Source: Clostridium sp. CAG:1000 | GTDB lineage: Bacteria; Bacillota_I; Bacilli_A; RF39; UBA660 | DNA length: 64,000 nt | Direction of reading: 5' to 3' | NCBI GenBank assembly: GCA_000436975.1 | Contig: HG000341.1 | Location: forward strand, 1,535 to 65,534 | Shown here: in pieces, positions 45,613-56,873 of the stretch | How positions within the stretch are numbered: the first letter of the stretch is position 1 | Layout: each line of letters starts with the position of its first letter | Made by a program: the position numbers and the translations under genes | Notes under the pieces: generated by a model | Told to the model about the DNA's origin: nothing | The model's database searches: none | The model's input: only the letters and a program-made list of their open reading frames with translations

Positions 45613-47757
45613 ATGAATAAAGAAATAATAGATGAAATATCAAATAATTTAAATATTAAAAATAATCAAATAGAGGCAGTATTAAAACTACTTGAAGAAG
45701 GAAATACTATTCCATTTATCGCACGTTATAGAAAAGAAGCAACCGGTGCTTTAGATGAGGAACAAATAAGACAAATAAATGAATATTATGAATATCAAAT
45801 TAGCCTACTTAAGAGAAAAGAAACTGTAATTAAGCTTATTGATGAAAAAGGAATGCTTACAGATGAAATTAAAAATAATATAATGTCTTGTAAAAAATTA
45901 GTTGAGGTTGATGATATATATGCACCTTATAAAGAAAAGAAAAAAACTAAAGCAACTGAAGCTATCAAAAACGGTCTTGAAGGCCTTGCTAAAATAATAA
46001 TGAGCGAGCCTGAAAAATGGAATGAAGAATCAGTAAACAAATTCTTAAATGAGAATGTTAAAAATATAGAAGATGCTTTAACTGGAGCTAAGTATATAAT
46101 TGCTGAATGGATAAGTGATAATGCTTACTATAGAAAATGGATAAGAAGTTACTTTTTTAAAAATGGTATACTTACTACTAAGTTAAAATCAAAAGCAGAA
46201 GATACAAATAAAACTTATGAGATGTATTATGAGTTTAGTGAACCAGTTAAATACATAAAACCACATAGAGTTTTAGCAATAAATAGAGGCGAAAATGAAA
46301 AGATATTATCTGTATCAATAGATGTCAATATAGAAGATATATTATCATATATAGAATCTAAAAATATTAAAAAAGAAAGCCCTGTTAACTATTTAATAAA
46401 AGATGCTATTAAAGACAGTTATAAAAGACTTATTTGTCCTTCAATAGAACGTGAAGTTAGAAGTGAACTTACTACTAGAAGTGAAGATAAATCTATAGAA
46501 GTATTTAAAGAAAACTTAGAAAATCTTTTATTAATTGCACCTATGAAAGAAAAAACTGTATTAGGCTTTGACCCAGCATTTAGAACCGGTTGTAAACTAG
46601 CTGTAGTAGACCCTACTTCTAAAGTACTTAATATATCTGTTATATATCCTCATGAACCTAAAAATGAATGGGAAAAGTCTAAACAAATATTAAAAGATAT
46701 AATTAATAAATTCAAAGTAGATATAGTTGCGATTGGTAATGGTACTGCATCTAGAGAAAGTGAAAAATTGGTAAGTGAAACAGTTAAGGAATTAAATCAT
46801 TGTAAGTTTGCTATTGTATCAGAAGCAGGAGCAAGCGTATATAGTGCAAGTCCTCTTGCTATTAAAGAATTTCCTGATTTACATGTAGAACAAAGAAGTG
46901 CTGTTTCTATTGCAAGAAGACTTCAAGATCCATTAAATGAACTTGTTAAAATAGATCCAAAGTCTATAGGCGTTGGTCAGTATCAGCATGATGTTTCTCA
47001 AAAGAAATTATCAGAATCTCTTGATTTCACTGTTACAAAATGTGTTAATAATGTAGGTGTTAATATTAATACAGCTTCCCCTTCCATATTAAAATATATA
47101 TCTGGTCTTACAACTGCTGCGATTAATAAAATAATTAAATATAGAGAAGAACATGGTAAAATAACTTCAAGAGATGAAATAAAAAAGAAAAAATTATTAA
47201 ATGATAAAACTTATGAACAAGCAATAGGTTTCATGAGAGTAATAGATGGACCTAATAAACTTGATGAAACAAATATTCATACAGAAAGTTATGATAAAAC
47301 TCTTTCTTTATTAAAACATATTAATATGTCAGTAAATGATATTGGTACTAAAGAATTAATAAGCAAGTTAGATACTCTTGATATTAACGAAACATCTAAA
47401 TTATTAGATATAGATATTTATACCTTAAATGATATTATTGATTCATTAAAAATGCCTAATAGAGACTTTAGAGATGATTATGAAACACCACTATTAAAAA
47501 GTGATGTCTTATCACTCGATAACTTAAAAGTTGGTATGAAACTCGAAGGTACTGTTAGAAATGTTGTTGACTTTGGAGCATTCATAGATATAGGACTTCA
47601 TGATGCTGCTTTAGTACATATATCAAAAATAACTAATAAATATATTAAACACCCTAGTGAAGTATTAAGTGTTGGTGATATAGTTACTTGTTATGTAATA
47701 GATATAAATAAAGATAAAGAAAAAGTTTCCCTTTCACTAATAGATCCAAATAATTAG
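45613..47757 (+). CDS. tex: transcription accessory protein Tex (S1 RNA-binding domain protein)
   Basis: N-terminal IPFIARYRKEATG, YqgF-like and HhH regions, and a C-terminal S1 domain (GTVRNVVDFGAFIDIG). Confidence 0.93.
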   Translation: MNKEIIDEISNNLNIKNNQIEAVLKLLEEGNTIPFIARYRKEATGALDEEQIRQINEYYEYQISLLKRKETVIKLIDEKGMLTDEIKNNIMSCKKLVEVDDIYAPYKEKKKTKATEAIKNGLEGLAKIIMSEPEKWNEESVNKFLNENVKNIEDALTGAKYIIAEWISDNAYYRKWIRSYFFKNGILTTKLKSKAEDTNKTYEMYYEFSEPVKYIKPHRVLAINRGENEKILSVSIDVNIEDILSYIESKNIKKESPVNYLIKDAIKDSYKRLICPSIEREVRSELTTRSEDKSIEVFKENLENLLLIAPMKEKTVLGFDPAFRTGCKLAVVDPTSKVLNISVIYPHEPKNEWEKSKQILKDIINKFKVDIVAIGNGTASRESEKLVSETVKELNHCKFAIVSEAGASVYSASPLAIKEFPDLHVEQRSAVSIARRLQDPLNELVKIDPKSIGVGQYQHDVSQKKLSESLDFTVTKCVNNVGVNINTASPSILKYISGLTTAAINKIIKYREEHGKITSRDEIKKKKLLNDKTYEQAIGFMRVIDGPNKLDETNIHTESYDKTLSLLKHINMSVNDIGTKELISKLDTLDINETSKLLDIDIYTLNDIIDSLKMPNRDFRDDYETPLLKSDVLSLDNLKVGMKLEGTVRNVVDFGAFIDIGLHDAALVHISKITNKYIKHPSEVLSVGDIVTCYVIDINKDKEKVSLSLIDPNN

Positions 47758-47783
47758 TAAAATAAAATAAAAAATCGTAAAAT

Positions 47784-48800
47784 TTACGATTTTTTTCTTG
47801 CTATTAAAGTACTCATCCATAAAAATATAATTGATATAAATATAAGTATTACACTAACTATAATATTATAAAATAAATAAGGGATACTTATTACTAAAAG
47901 ACTAAGACATATACTTAATAACGCTGAAGTAATAAAAGTATTTTTAACATATCCTAGTAACATTACTTTCTTATTTAATTTCTTCAAATTATTAAGTATT
48001 AGTAAAATACCAAACATACTTATTACAGTTAATACTACTCTACTAATCCATAATAATATCTGATTGTTATTTGATAACTCATCTAGTATTTCTTCGCCTG
48101 TTTTAATACCATCAACTGTTTTATTAATAACTGTTCCATTAGATGAATTATATGACTCAAATGTATTAGATTTTTGTACTGCTAAAACACTCATTTCTTT
48201 ATAGTCATTATATTTAAATGTTATTCTTATATCCCCTATTTTAGGATTATTAATATCACTCGAATTAGTTATATATTTACCATGAATAACATAACCTAAT
48301 GAACTAATTATATTTTGATTAAACTCATCAAAATATTTATTAGTATCTAAATTATTTAATTGTTCAAATGATAGTTTGAAAGCACCTATCATAACCTCAC
48401 TAGCATAATATGATGTAGAACTATATGGCATAGATATTGGATTTTTATATTTTTCATTATAAGATGTATCAAATAATTCATTTGACCATACTTTAGTATA
48501 TTTATTACCCACTGGTTTATATTGGTACATTTCTACAACTCTAACAAGTTTAGGAGTTTTTACTGATACTCCAAATTTACTATCACTAAGAGTTTCATTA
48601 ACACTAACTTTTCCGCTTACACAAACCAAACTATCTTCATATAAATCATTTACCATATCATTTTCAATGTTAGATAGGTTGTCTCTCTCTATTTGCGTAC
48701 TTTTATAAATATTAATATATTTATTCTCATTTAAATAAAGTAATATAATTGAAACTATAACTATAATTATTCCAAATATTATTCCTTTTTTCTTTCTCAT
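47784..48800 (-). CDS. TMEM43/DUF1625-like membrane protein
   Basis: N-terminal transmembrane segment, an extracytoplasmic domain with VRVVEMYQYKP, and a C-terminal transmembrane cluster. A GGAGGTG SD precedes the ATG at 48800. Confidence 0.5.
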   Translation of the reverse strand: MRKKKGIIFGIIIVIVSIILLYLNENKYINIYKSTQIERDNLSNIENDMVNDLYEDSLVCVSGKVSVNETLSDSKFGVSVKTPKLVRVVEMYQYKPVGNKYTKVWSNELFDTSYNEKYKNPISMPYSSTSYYASEVMIGAFKLSFEQLNNLDTNKYFDEFNQNIISSLGYVIHGKYITNSSDINNPKIGDIRITFKYNDYKEMSVLAVQKSNTFESYNSSNGTVINKTVDGIKTGEEILDELSNNNQILLWISRVVLTVISMFGILLILNNLKKLNKKVMLLGYVKNTFITSALLSICLSLLVISIPYLFYNIIVSVILIFISIIFLWMSTLIARKKS

Positions 48801-48855
48801 AACACCTCCATAATTTATTTTATTATAACATAAAAGCGACATAAAGTCGCTAATA

Positions 48856-50100
48856 TTATTTTGTAACAATTTCCATTGCTTTTCTCATAAGCAAATCATA
48901 TTTAAATAATTCTTTATTACCTATTTCTTTTAAGAAGTCTTCAACACTCATCTTATATTGTTCACTAGTTTTCTTTAATTCACTTTCAAGTTCTTCATCA
49001 CTTACTTCAATTTTTTCATTTTCGATAATAGCATCCATTATAAGTCTATATCCAACTCTCTTATTAGCATCATCTTTTAAAGTAGCTTTAAAATCATTTA
49101 TATTTGAATTGATATATTTTAAATAATCTTCTAATTTTAGTCCTTGATAACTTAATTTTTCACTGAATTCTCTTACTAATCTATTAGTTTCATCTTCAGT
49201 CATTTCTTCTGGTATATCAAATTTAGAATTTTTAACTACTTCATCTAAACATTTAAATAAATATTCATCTTCAATTTGTTTAGAACGTTCAGCAGTCATA
49301 TTTTCTTTAATATATTTCTTTAAGTCTTCTAAACTTTCTACCCCACCTACATTTAAATCTTCAAAGAATTCCTTATTAAATTCTGGTAATACTCTTTCTT
49401 TAACAGCTTTAACTGTTACTTTAAATATAACTGGTTGTCCTTTTAAATCTTCTGAATGATAATTTTCTGGGAATGTTACATTGACATCTTTAGTGTCACC
49501 TTTCTTTAACCCAACTAAAGCCTCTTCAAATCCAGGGATGAATGTATGAGAACCTATTTCTAATGAATAATCTTCTCCTTTACCACCTTTGAACGCTTTT
49601 CCTTCTTTGAAACCTTCAAAGTCAATAACAGCAACATTTCCTTCTTTTATTACAGCATCATCATCTAATTCTTTTACTTCAACAAATTGTTCTTGTAAAT
49701 GATGAAGCTCATGTTCTATTTGAGAGTCAGTTACAACTACTTCTTCTTTCTTAATTCCAAGTTTAGTATGTTTACCAAGCTCAACTTTTGGAGCTGATAC
49801 TAAGGTAAATTCTATTTCTATTTCATCATGATTAATATTTTTAATATCAATACCTGGAGTTGCTACTGGAATAATAGTTTTTTCATCTTTTAATAATTTA
49901 GCATATAAAACATCAACTGCAATATCAACAGCATCCATATATAATGCTTCTACTCCCATCTTTTTAACATAAACATCATATGGAACTTGTCCTTTTCTAA
50001 AACCATCCATTTTGATATCTTTTTTCTTTTTATCAAATGCATGTTTTAAGCAATCTTTCCATTCTTTTCCCTCTAATTTTACATCATATTTTTCTTTCAT
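48856..50100 (-). CDS. tig: trigger factor
   Basis: The ribosome-binding GFRKGQVP motif, a central FKBP-type PPIase (VIDFEGFKEGKAF...) and a C-terminal arm domain. Confidence 0.92.
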   Translation of the reverse strand: MKEKYDVKLEGKEWKDCLKHAFDKKKKDIKMDGFRKGQVPYDVYVKKMGVEALYMDAVDIAVDVLYAKLLKDEKTIIPVATPGIDIKNINHDEIEIEFTLVSAPKVELGKHTKLGIKKEEVVVTDSQIEHELHHLQEQFVEVKELDDDAVIKEGNVAVIDFEGFKEGKAFKGGKGEDYSLEIGSHTFIPGFEEALVGLKKGDTKDVNVTFPENYHSEDLKGQPVIFKVTVKAVKERVLPEFNKEFFEDLNVGGVESLEDLKKYIKENMTAERSKQIEDEYLFKCLDEVVKNSKFDIPEEMTEDETNRLVREFSEKLSYQGLKLEDYLKYINSNINDFKATLKDDANKRVGYRLIMDAIIENEKIEVSDEELESELKKTSEQYKMSVEDFLKEIGNKELFKYDLLMRKAMEIVTK

Positions 50101-50140
50101 AACTTTTCCCTTCTATTTAATATCACAAAAGAAGATATTT

Positions 50141-50611
50141 CTATCCTATTGCAACGATCTTAACATTATAAACACCATCTGGTGAAGAAACTTCAACTGT
50201 GTCCCCAACTTTTCTACCCATTATTGCAGCAGCTATTGGACTTTCATTTGAAATCTTATTATTAAATGGATCAGCTTCTTGACTACCTACTATTTTATAA
50301 CTTTCAGTATCATCATCATCTTCGTATTGTAATTCAACATTACATCCGATTCCTACTTTACCATCATCACTAGATTTATCAATAACGGTTGCATGTTCTA
50401 ATGTATATTCAATCTCTAGTATTCTTTTCTCTAAATTTGCTTGTTCTTCACGAGCTTGATCATATTCAGAGTTTTCTGATAAATCACCTAAAGCACGAGC
50501 ATCTTTAAGAGTTTGAGTCACTTCTTTTCTCTTTTCATTTCTTAAATAATTAAGTTCATTTTCAAGTTCCAAATAACCTTCACCTGTAAGAAAAATTTCT
50601 TTCTTTTTCAT
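50141..50611 (-). CDS. greA: transcription elongation factor GreA
   Basis: Coiled-coil N-domain with DLSENSEYDQAREEQ, and a C-terminal GreA/B domain. Confidence 0.93.
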   Translation of the reverse strand: MKKKEIFLTGEGYLELENELNYLRNEKRKEVTQTLKDARALGDLSENSEYDQAREEQANLEKRILEIEYTLEHATVIDKSSDDGKVGIGCNVELQYEDDDDTESYKIVGSQEADPFNNKISNESPIAAAIMGRKVGDTVEVSSPDGVYNVKIVAIG

Positions 50612-50660
50612 TACGTTAAGTCACCTCTTTCTTGTACCAACAAATGATACTATAAATTTG

Positions 50661-51842
50661 TTAGTTTGTCAATATCTTTACTCTTAAAATATCATTTTCG
50701 TGTACCTCAAATGGTATTTTTATTTTAATAATTTCTTGTGGATGGGAAGCACTATCCACACTTTCATTCCTATCATTAACTATATTTGTAACAGTAAATG
50801 TATTTAATAAAGTATTAGGTCCAAATACCTCTATTTCATCCCCTACACTAAATTTATTTCTTTGTTCTACTGTAGCTATCATATTATCTTTATCAAATGA
50901 TTTAATAAGCCCTAAAAAGTCTTGATTACTCGCTTCTTGTCTACCAGTAAAATATTGTCCTTCTACAAGTGGAACACTATCATAAAATTGAGGAGCATTC
51001 TCACGATTAGATACACGTTCTAATACTTTTTTATAATATTTTATATCATCTTCAGTTAGAGTATTATTAATCTTTTTATCCATTATTGTTCTATAGCTAT
51101 TAGCGACAGTTGCAATATAGTACATACTTTTCATTCTACCTTCTACTTTATATGACTCAATACCCATATCCATCATATCACTAATGTTATCTATCATATT
51201 CAAATCTTTAGAAGATATACAATATTCATAAGGAGTATTATTATCAAATGTAAATCTACATACTTGACTGCATCCACCTCTATTTGAATCTCTTAAAGTT
51301 ACATAATTTGACATAACACATCTGCCACTATAAGAAGTACACATCGCACCATGAATAAATACTTCTACTTCAGTATCTATATTTTCTTTTATAAACTTCA
51401 TATCTTCACGTGAACATTCTCTTGCAAGTACTACTCTATATGCGCCTAAACTCTTATAGAATTTAACTGCTTCTAAATTAGTAATAGATTTTTGAGTAGA
51501 TATAAAAAATGGTGTTTTTAAGTTTTGTCTATGAATTGACTCTATAACAGCAAAATCACTAACTATATATGAGTCTATTCCAATCAGATCAAGTGCTTTT
51601 AAATATTCATCAAGTCCATTTAAATCTTCATTATGCATTATCATATTAACTGTTACATATACTTTTTTATTTAATTTATGGGCAAACTCTACACCTTCTT
51701 TTATTTCATCTAATGTAAAGTTATTAGCATTAGCCCTAAGACTATAATATTCTCCTCCTATATAAACAGCATCAGCACCATATAAAAATGCAAATTTAAG
51801 CCTATTTAAGTCCCCAGCAGGTAATAATAATTCATATTTCAT
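50661..51842 (-). CDS. U32-family peptidase-like protein (YrrO/TrhP-type, tRNA ho5U pathway by synteny)
   Basis: U32 signature E.FIHGAMCTSYSGRC. It lies in the Bacillus-like block yrrM-yrrN-yrrO. Confidence 0.8.
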   Translation of the reverse strand: MKYELLLPAGDLNRLKFAFLYGADAVYIGGEYYSLRANANNFTLDEIKEGVEFAHKLNKKVYVTVNMIMHNEDLNGLDEYLKALDLIGIDSYIVSDFAVIESIHRQNLKTPFFISTQKSITNLEAVKFYKSLGAYRVVLARECSREDMKFIKENIDTEVEVFIHGAMCTSYSGRCVMSNYVTLRDSNRGGCSQVCRFTFDNNTPYEYCISSKDLNMIDNISDMMDMGIESYKVEGRMKSMYYIATVANSYRTIMDKKINNTLTEDDIKYYKKVLERVSNRENAPQFYDSVPLVEGQYFTGRQEASNQDFLGLIKSFDKDNMIATVEQRNKFSVGDEIEVFGPNTLLNTFTVTNIVNDRNESVDSASHPQEIIKIKIPFEVHENDILRVKILTN

Positions 51843-52642
51843 TTTAAATCACCCACCTTATATTTAATATCATTTTCTAAAAAATAATAATCACTATCTA
51901 TTAAATTACATAAGGAATCACTTTCACACTCAGATAATATTATTTTTTCACTAATATCATCTATATCAGTAAGATTAATTATTAAATTAAAGCATTCTAA
52001 TTTATTAAGATACTTTGATGCACAAAATATTCTATCATTTAGAATAACACTTCCTGTTTTTTCTTCTTTAACAATAAGCTTATGATGAGAAGATTTTTCA
52101 TTAAGATTATAATAGTTCTCATTACTATCTATATTATAATATTTATTAAAATTACTTACTAATGCTCTTCTTGAATACATAAGTGTATTTTTAGAAACAT
52201 AAAAATAAAATATATTACTCTTACATTCATTATTTATTTTCATAAGTTCATCTATTGTAAGATCATTATTAATAACAACACTATTAATACCAAGAGTATT
52301 TAAATAATTAACTGCTTTATAATTTGATAATATATGATGCTCATATAAAATTATTCTTTTTTTTGGTATAAAGCTTAAAAGACCAATATCTTCAACAATA
52401 AATTTAATGTTATCATTAAACTTACTTAAGTCAAAATCATATACTTGTTTATGTAGTAATCTATTCATAATAACATAAACTGCATTAGACTTTGCAATTT
52501 TATTTATTTCATCAATCTCAAAATAAACATTAAATCCTATAGAATAATCTTTTAATGGTAAGATAAAAGTATTGAAACCATACTCTTCATATAGTTTCAA
52601 TTCTTTTCTTTTTGGTAAAATTATAAATTCTTTCTTTTGCAT
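51839..52642 (-). CDS. U32-family-like protein (YrrN position)
   Basis: A 4-nt overlap with the downstream U32 gene and conserved synteny. The sequence is divergent. Confidence 0.5.
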   Translation of the reverse strand: MQKKEFIILPKRKELKLYEEYGFNTFILPLKDYSIGFNVYFEIDEINKIAKSNAVYVIMNRLLHKQVYDFDLSKFNDNIKFIVEDIGLLSFIPKKRIILYEHHILSNYKAVNYLNTLGINSVVINNDLTIDELMKINNECKSNIFYFYVSKNTLMYSRRALVSNFNKYYNIDSNENYYNLNEKSSHHKLIVKEEKTGSVILNDRIFCASKYLNKLECFNLIINLTDIDDISEKIILSECESDSLCNLIDSDYYFLENDIKYKVGDLK

Positions 52643-53214
52643 ACCCCTATCGTATCACCTACTTTTATAAATTCAACTGAAAACTCATCTTGAGTCTTTA
52701 AATATGTTATAAACTTTTCTATTTTACGAACCATTTGTCTTAAATTTCTACTTTTAATAGAAGAACTATTAAATACATAACCATGGAAATCCAAGTTATC
52801 GATTATTATAACACCTTTTTCATTTAAATTATACTTATATTTATCTAAAAATCTTTTGTTTTGGCTTTTAGCAGCATCTATAATAATTAAATCATACATA
52901 CCTTCAATATTTGTATTTAAAGCATCATAATGTATTAATTCTATATTTGATAAACCACTTGATAAGACATTATTATAAGCAATATTATATCTTTCATCAT
53001 CTCTTTCAATACTAGTTATCTTTTCAATATTTTTATTACTAGCAAAACATAAAGTAGAGTATCCAATAGCACTACCTATTTCAAGTATAGATTTAATATT
53101 ATTTTCATCTATTATTTTATTAATTGTATCAATAGTATCTTTACTCATTATTGGTACATTATTATTAATACCATATTTTCTTATTTCATCTATTAATTTT
53201 GATATTCTATCCAT
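52621..53214 (-). CDS. trmR: SAM-dependent O-methyltransferase (YrrM/TrmR-like)
   Basis: SAM motif ILEIGSAIGYST, DLIIIDAAK, and position between mltG and the U32 genes. Confidence 0.75.
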   Translation of the reverse strand: MDRISKLIDEIRKYGINNNVPIMSKDTIDTINKIIDENNIKSILEIGSAIGYSTLCFASNKNIEKITSIERDDERYNIAYNNVLSSGLSNIELIHYDALNTNIEGMYDLIIIDAAKSQNKRFLDKYKYNLNEKGVIIIDNLDFHGYVFNSSSIKSRNLRQMVRKIEKFITYLKTQDEFSVEFIKVGDTIGVCKRKNL

Positions 53215-54284
53215 AATCCTTCACTCTTTAATTTATTAACTGTTTTAATATGACCACTATCTGTTTCATTAAAATATGTTTTACCATTTTTATCAGCAAC
53301 AAAATAATAATATTTATGTTTTGTTGGCTCAATAGACGCCACTATTGAATCTATACCAGGGTTACACACAGGAGATACTGGTAACTTACCATTCATACAT
53401 GTACTACGAGTATTATATGCATTACATTTATTTAATTGACTTACTTTTAAATCAACAGACCAATTATCTAACTTTTCTGCATAATAAGTAGTAACATCAC
53501 TACCTAAACTCCATTTATTATTAAGTCTATTATAAAATACTCCAGATACACCCTTTCTATCATTAGAAGTACCTGCTTCTAACTCAACTATTGATGCTAA
53601 AGTAAGCATTTGATGAACAGTATAATTACTAGTTTCTATCTCACTTTTATATGGGGTTAATTTCTTATCCATATTATCAAGCATACTTCCAAATATATCT
53701 TCTAATGAAGCAGTAGAATAAAACTCATATGTATCAGGATATAAATATCCTTCAAGAGAATAATAAATATCTTTATTTTTAATCTCATCAGTTAGAAACC
53801 AATATTTATTAATTAATGTGTCTAAATAGCTACTATCAGATAGTTTAGTTAATATTTCTTTTTCACTGAAACTAAAATTTTCAATTAATTTAGATATAAC
53901 ATATCTCATATTTTTGCCTTCTACAAAAGTAATTTTTTTAGTTTCACTATTATTTTGACCACCTTTTTCAAAAGCATTAATTAATTCACTTAAATTATAT
54001 GATTTTTTAAGTTCATATTTTCCATAAGTTAGATCCTTAGGCTTATTTAATTTAATATATATTTTATAACATAAAGTAGATTTAATAAGCCCCTCACGCT
54101 TTAACTTATCAGCTATAGTATTATAAGTATCTCCGGAGTTAATAACAATACTTACAGTATCACTACTTTTACCATGAGAATTAACTATATAAAAATAACT
54201 ACCTACTAAAATACCTAAAACTATAACACACAAAACAAATATAAAAGCTATAAACTTTTTTACATTGAATACTTTTCTTTTCAT
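53193..54284 (-). CDS. mltG: endolytic murein transglycosylase MltG (YceG-like)
   Basis: N-terminal transmembrane segment, plus LASIVELEAG...GVFYNRL...LGSDVTTYY. Confidence 0.88.
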   Translation of the reverse strand: MKRKVFNVKKFIAFIFVLCVIVLGILVGSYFYIVNSHGKSSDTVSIVINSGDTYNTIADKLKREGLIKSTLCYKIYIKLNKPKDLTYGKYELKKSYNLSELINAFEKGGQNNSETKKITFVEGKNMRYVISKLIENFSFSEKEILTKLSDSSYLDTLINKYWFLTDEIKNKDIYYSLEGYLYPDTYEFYSTASLEDIFGSMLDNMDKKLTPYKSEIETSNYTVHQMLTLASIVELEAGTSNDRKGVSGVFYNRLNNKWSLGSDVTTYYAEKLDNWSVDLKVSQLNKCNAYNTRSTCMNGKLPVSPVCNPGIDSIVASIEPTKHKYYYFVADKNGKTYFNETDSGHIKTVNKLKSEGLWIEYQN

Positions 54285-54293
54285 AATACACCT

Positions 54294-54557
54294 CTAATTC
54301 TTTTTATATTCCAGTGAAGACAATATTTTACTAATAAAATCAAACTCTTCTCTATTAGTAACAGGTTTTAACTTAGTCATATTCCCTTTCTCACTCAATA
54401 CATAACTAGATGCATATGAAATAATTTCTCCACTTTTATTCTTCTTATCTTCTGTATATATTACATAATTAATATCATCACACTCTATATTAAAGAGTAT
54501 CCTACACTTAATTTTATTTCCGTTTTTATCTTTAAGAGTCAATAAATTCTTTTCCAT
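54294..54557 (-). CDS. DUF1292 protein (YrzB-like)
   Basis: Small acidic protein in the yrzB position between ruvX and mltG. Confidence 0.7.
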   Translation of the reverse strand: MEKNLLTLKDKNGNKIKCRILFNIECDDINYVIYTEDKKNKSGEIISYASSYVLSEKGNMTKLKPVTNREEFDFISKILSSLEYKKN

Positions 54558-54966
54558 TACCTCTCCTGTCTAAAAAAGTCTGAAGTATAATAGTCGCTGC
54601 TATTTTATCAATAACCTTTTTTCTATTTTTTCTAGTAGTGTTATTATTTATAAGCATTCTTTCTGCTTCAACTGTAGATAATCTTTCATCTTGCAAATAT
54701 ATGTCGAGTGAAAATCTTTCTTTAAGTAATTCCATAAACTTTAGTGTTTCTTCACTCCTTTTAGATAAACTCCCATCAAGATTTAATGGGTTACCCAACA
54801 CTAAAGCATCGATTTTTCTTTCATTAATTATAATTTCTAATTTATCTAATAATTCATCATAAGTACTATATCTTAATACTTCAAGAGAAGTTGCTATAAG
54901 ACCTGTCCTATCACTAATAGAAAGTCCTAGTGTTTTACTACCTAAATCAAGTCCTAAAAATGTCAT
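54532..54966 (-). CDS. ruvX: Holliday junction resolvase-like / pre-16S rRNA nuclease RuvX (YqgF)
   Basis: GLDLGSKTLGLSISD and ERLSTVEAE motifs. Confidence 0.92.
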   Translation of the reverse strand: MTFLGLDLGSKTLGLSISDRTGLIATSLEVLRYSTYDELLDKLEIIINERKIDALVLGNPLNLDGSLSKRSEETLKFMELLKERFSLDIYLQDERLSTVEAERMLINNNTTRKNRKKVIDKIAATIILQTFLDRRGNGKEFIDS

Positions 54967-55211
54967 TATTTAATATAACTTTCTAACATTATTTCAAGTA
55001 TATCTTCTCTTTTAAACTCAAGTATTCTATTTCTACATTCCTTATAACTTGAAATATATCCAGGATCCCCACTAATCAAATAAGCAACTATTTGTTTAAT
55101 AGAATTATATCCTCTTTCGTCTAAATCTTCACATATTTTTTGTAAAGTAGTTTTAATGTTTTCACATGTAATTTCTTCAGTGTTCACAATGGTAGTTTCA
55201 CTATTTTTCAT
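54966..55211 (-). CDS. ireB: IreB-family regulatory phosphoprotein (UPF0297/YrzL)
   Basis: ERGYNSIKQIVAYLISGDPGYISS core. An AGGAG SD precedes the ATG at 55211; upstream ORF-track residues are spurious. Confidence 0.88.
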   Translation of the reverse strand: MKNSETTIVNTEEITCENIKTTLQKICEDLDERGYNSIKQIVAYLISGDPGYISSYKECRNRILEFKREDILEIMLESYIK

Positions 55212-55295
55212 AAATTTCACTCCTAACATGTATATTCTATCAAAAAAATGCTTTATTCTCAACCTCAATTTGATATAATATGTAAAGGTGATATA

Positions 55296-56552
55296 ATGAT
55301 AAAGATAATTACAAAAAATGAATTTGAAAGTAAAATTAATGATTTTGATATTATATTTACTGATCAAAAATTAAATAATAAAAAGGAAATATTAATTAAA
55401 ACTTCAAAAGATTTATATCATAATTTAGATAAAGTTACTAAAAATAATAATGTTGCATTAATAATGATGAATAAAAATCAAAGAAATGAATGTTATCAAC
55501 TACTATATTTCTATCAAAATTATCTTAGTAAAATTGATATATTTAAAGAAAAAATAAATGAAATTAATAATACTTTTCATAAAGAACATGACAGTAGATA
55601 TGCATATGATGCGATAGAAAAACTAAAGTACATGAATTGTGATGGTAAATTCTTAAGAGCATTTCTTATTACAGTTGGATATGAACTTAAACATAAAAAT
55701 ATTGATTATATAATCCCTCTTGCTATTGCATATGAAACATTTCAAACATCAATACTAATTCACGATGATATTATTGATGATGCAGACACAAGAAGAGGTA
55801 AAAAAACAATACCCGAACTTTATAAAAAACAATTAAATGTAAATAATAGTGTTCCTTCTTCACTAGCTATGTGTATTGGGGACTTAGGCTTTTATTTAAC
55901 TAATGAAATAATATTTAATTATTATAGAAATGATAAAAAATTAGTAAAATACTTAGAATATTTAAATAAAATTATAATTAACACTATAAAAGGTGAGATT
56001 GCTGATGTATACTTACCTGCTAAAGAAACTTTTGAAGGCGAAAAGAAATTTACTGAATTAGAAATAATGGAAATTGCTAGACTTAAAACATCATGGTATA
56101 CAGTAGTTGGTCCTTTCTGTTTAGGAGCAATTGCCGCTGGTGCAAAAGATGAAAAAATTGAAAAGTATGAATACTATTTAGAACCTATGGGAATGGCATT
56201 CCAAATTAGAGATGATATCTTAGGTATCTATGGTAATAGTGATAAAACTGGTAAGCCAAATACATCAGATATTAAAGAGAAAAAATTAACACTAATGTAT
56301 TCTTATCTAAGAACTATTAAAACTGAATATTTTAAAGAGTTTGCTAAATACTATGGAAAAGAAGATGTAACTGAAAAAGAAGTAGAAAAAATAAGAGAGA
56401 TAATAAAAGAATCTGGTGCTCTTGAATATGCTGAGAGTTTTGTAGAAGAATTATTAAAAATAACAAAAGATGAAGTAGTTAAATATAAAAATAAACATAT
56501 TAAAGATATATTAATTGGTTTAATGGTTTATATCAAATTAAGAGAAAAATAG
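55296..56552 (+). CDS. trans-polyprenyl diphosphate synthase with an N-terminal extension
   Basis: FARM motif IHDDIIDDADTRRG and SARM motif FQIRDDILG. The synthase core begins only about 125 residues in. Confidence 0.85.
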   Translation: MIKIITKNEFESKINDFDIIFTDQKLNNKKEILIKTSKDLYHNLDKVTKNNNVALIMMNKNQRNECYQLLYFYQNYLSKIDIFKEKINEINNTFHKEHDSRYAYDAIEKLKYMNCDGKFLRAFLITVGYELKHKNIDYIIPLAIAYETFQTSILIHDDIIDDADTRRGKKTIPELYKKQLNVNNSVPSSLAMCIGDLGFYLTNEIIFNYYRNDKKLVKYLEYLNKIIINTIKGEIADVYLPAKETFEGEKKFTELEIMEIARLKTSWYTVVGPFCLGAIAAGAKDEKIEKYEYYLEPMGMAFQIRDDILGIYGNSDKTGKPNTSDIKEKKLTLMYSYLRTIKTEYFKEFAKYYGKEDVTEKEVEKIREIIKESGALEYAESFVEELLKITKDEVVKYKNKHIKDILIGLMVYIKLREK

Positions 56553-56575
56553 TTTTAAAATAAAAACTATTTTTT
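56550..56575 (+). terminator. weak AT-rich hairpin plus T run after the polyprenyl synthase gene
   Basis: TAGTTTT-loop-AAAACTA followed by T6. Confidence 0.45.
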
Positions 56576-56873
56576 AATTTGTTTATAAATAAGTCACGAC
56601 CAAAACGCTACTTTTAATTCTTGAGATTGTTCATTAACAATATTTCTTAAAGTATTCTAAGTCTTTCTTTGGTCTTCTTCTCTATCTAGGATGATTGTTT
56701 ATCTTTGAATTTATAAGTTCAGTATTTGTCTCTATATACAAGTCCACTACTTTACCTTTAGTATGGGCACTATTCTTTAAAAGTTCTTTATCTTATAATA
56801 GCTCCTCCTTTCTAGAGAATGTTTATCATTCCCTATTATAATAATTAGCTATAAAAACAAAAAAATTCTTTTT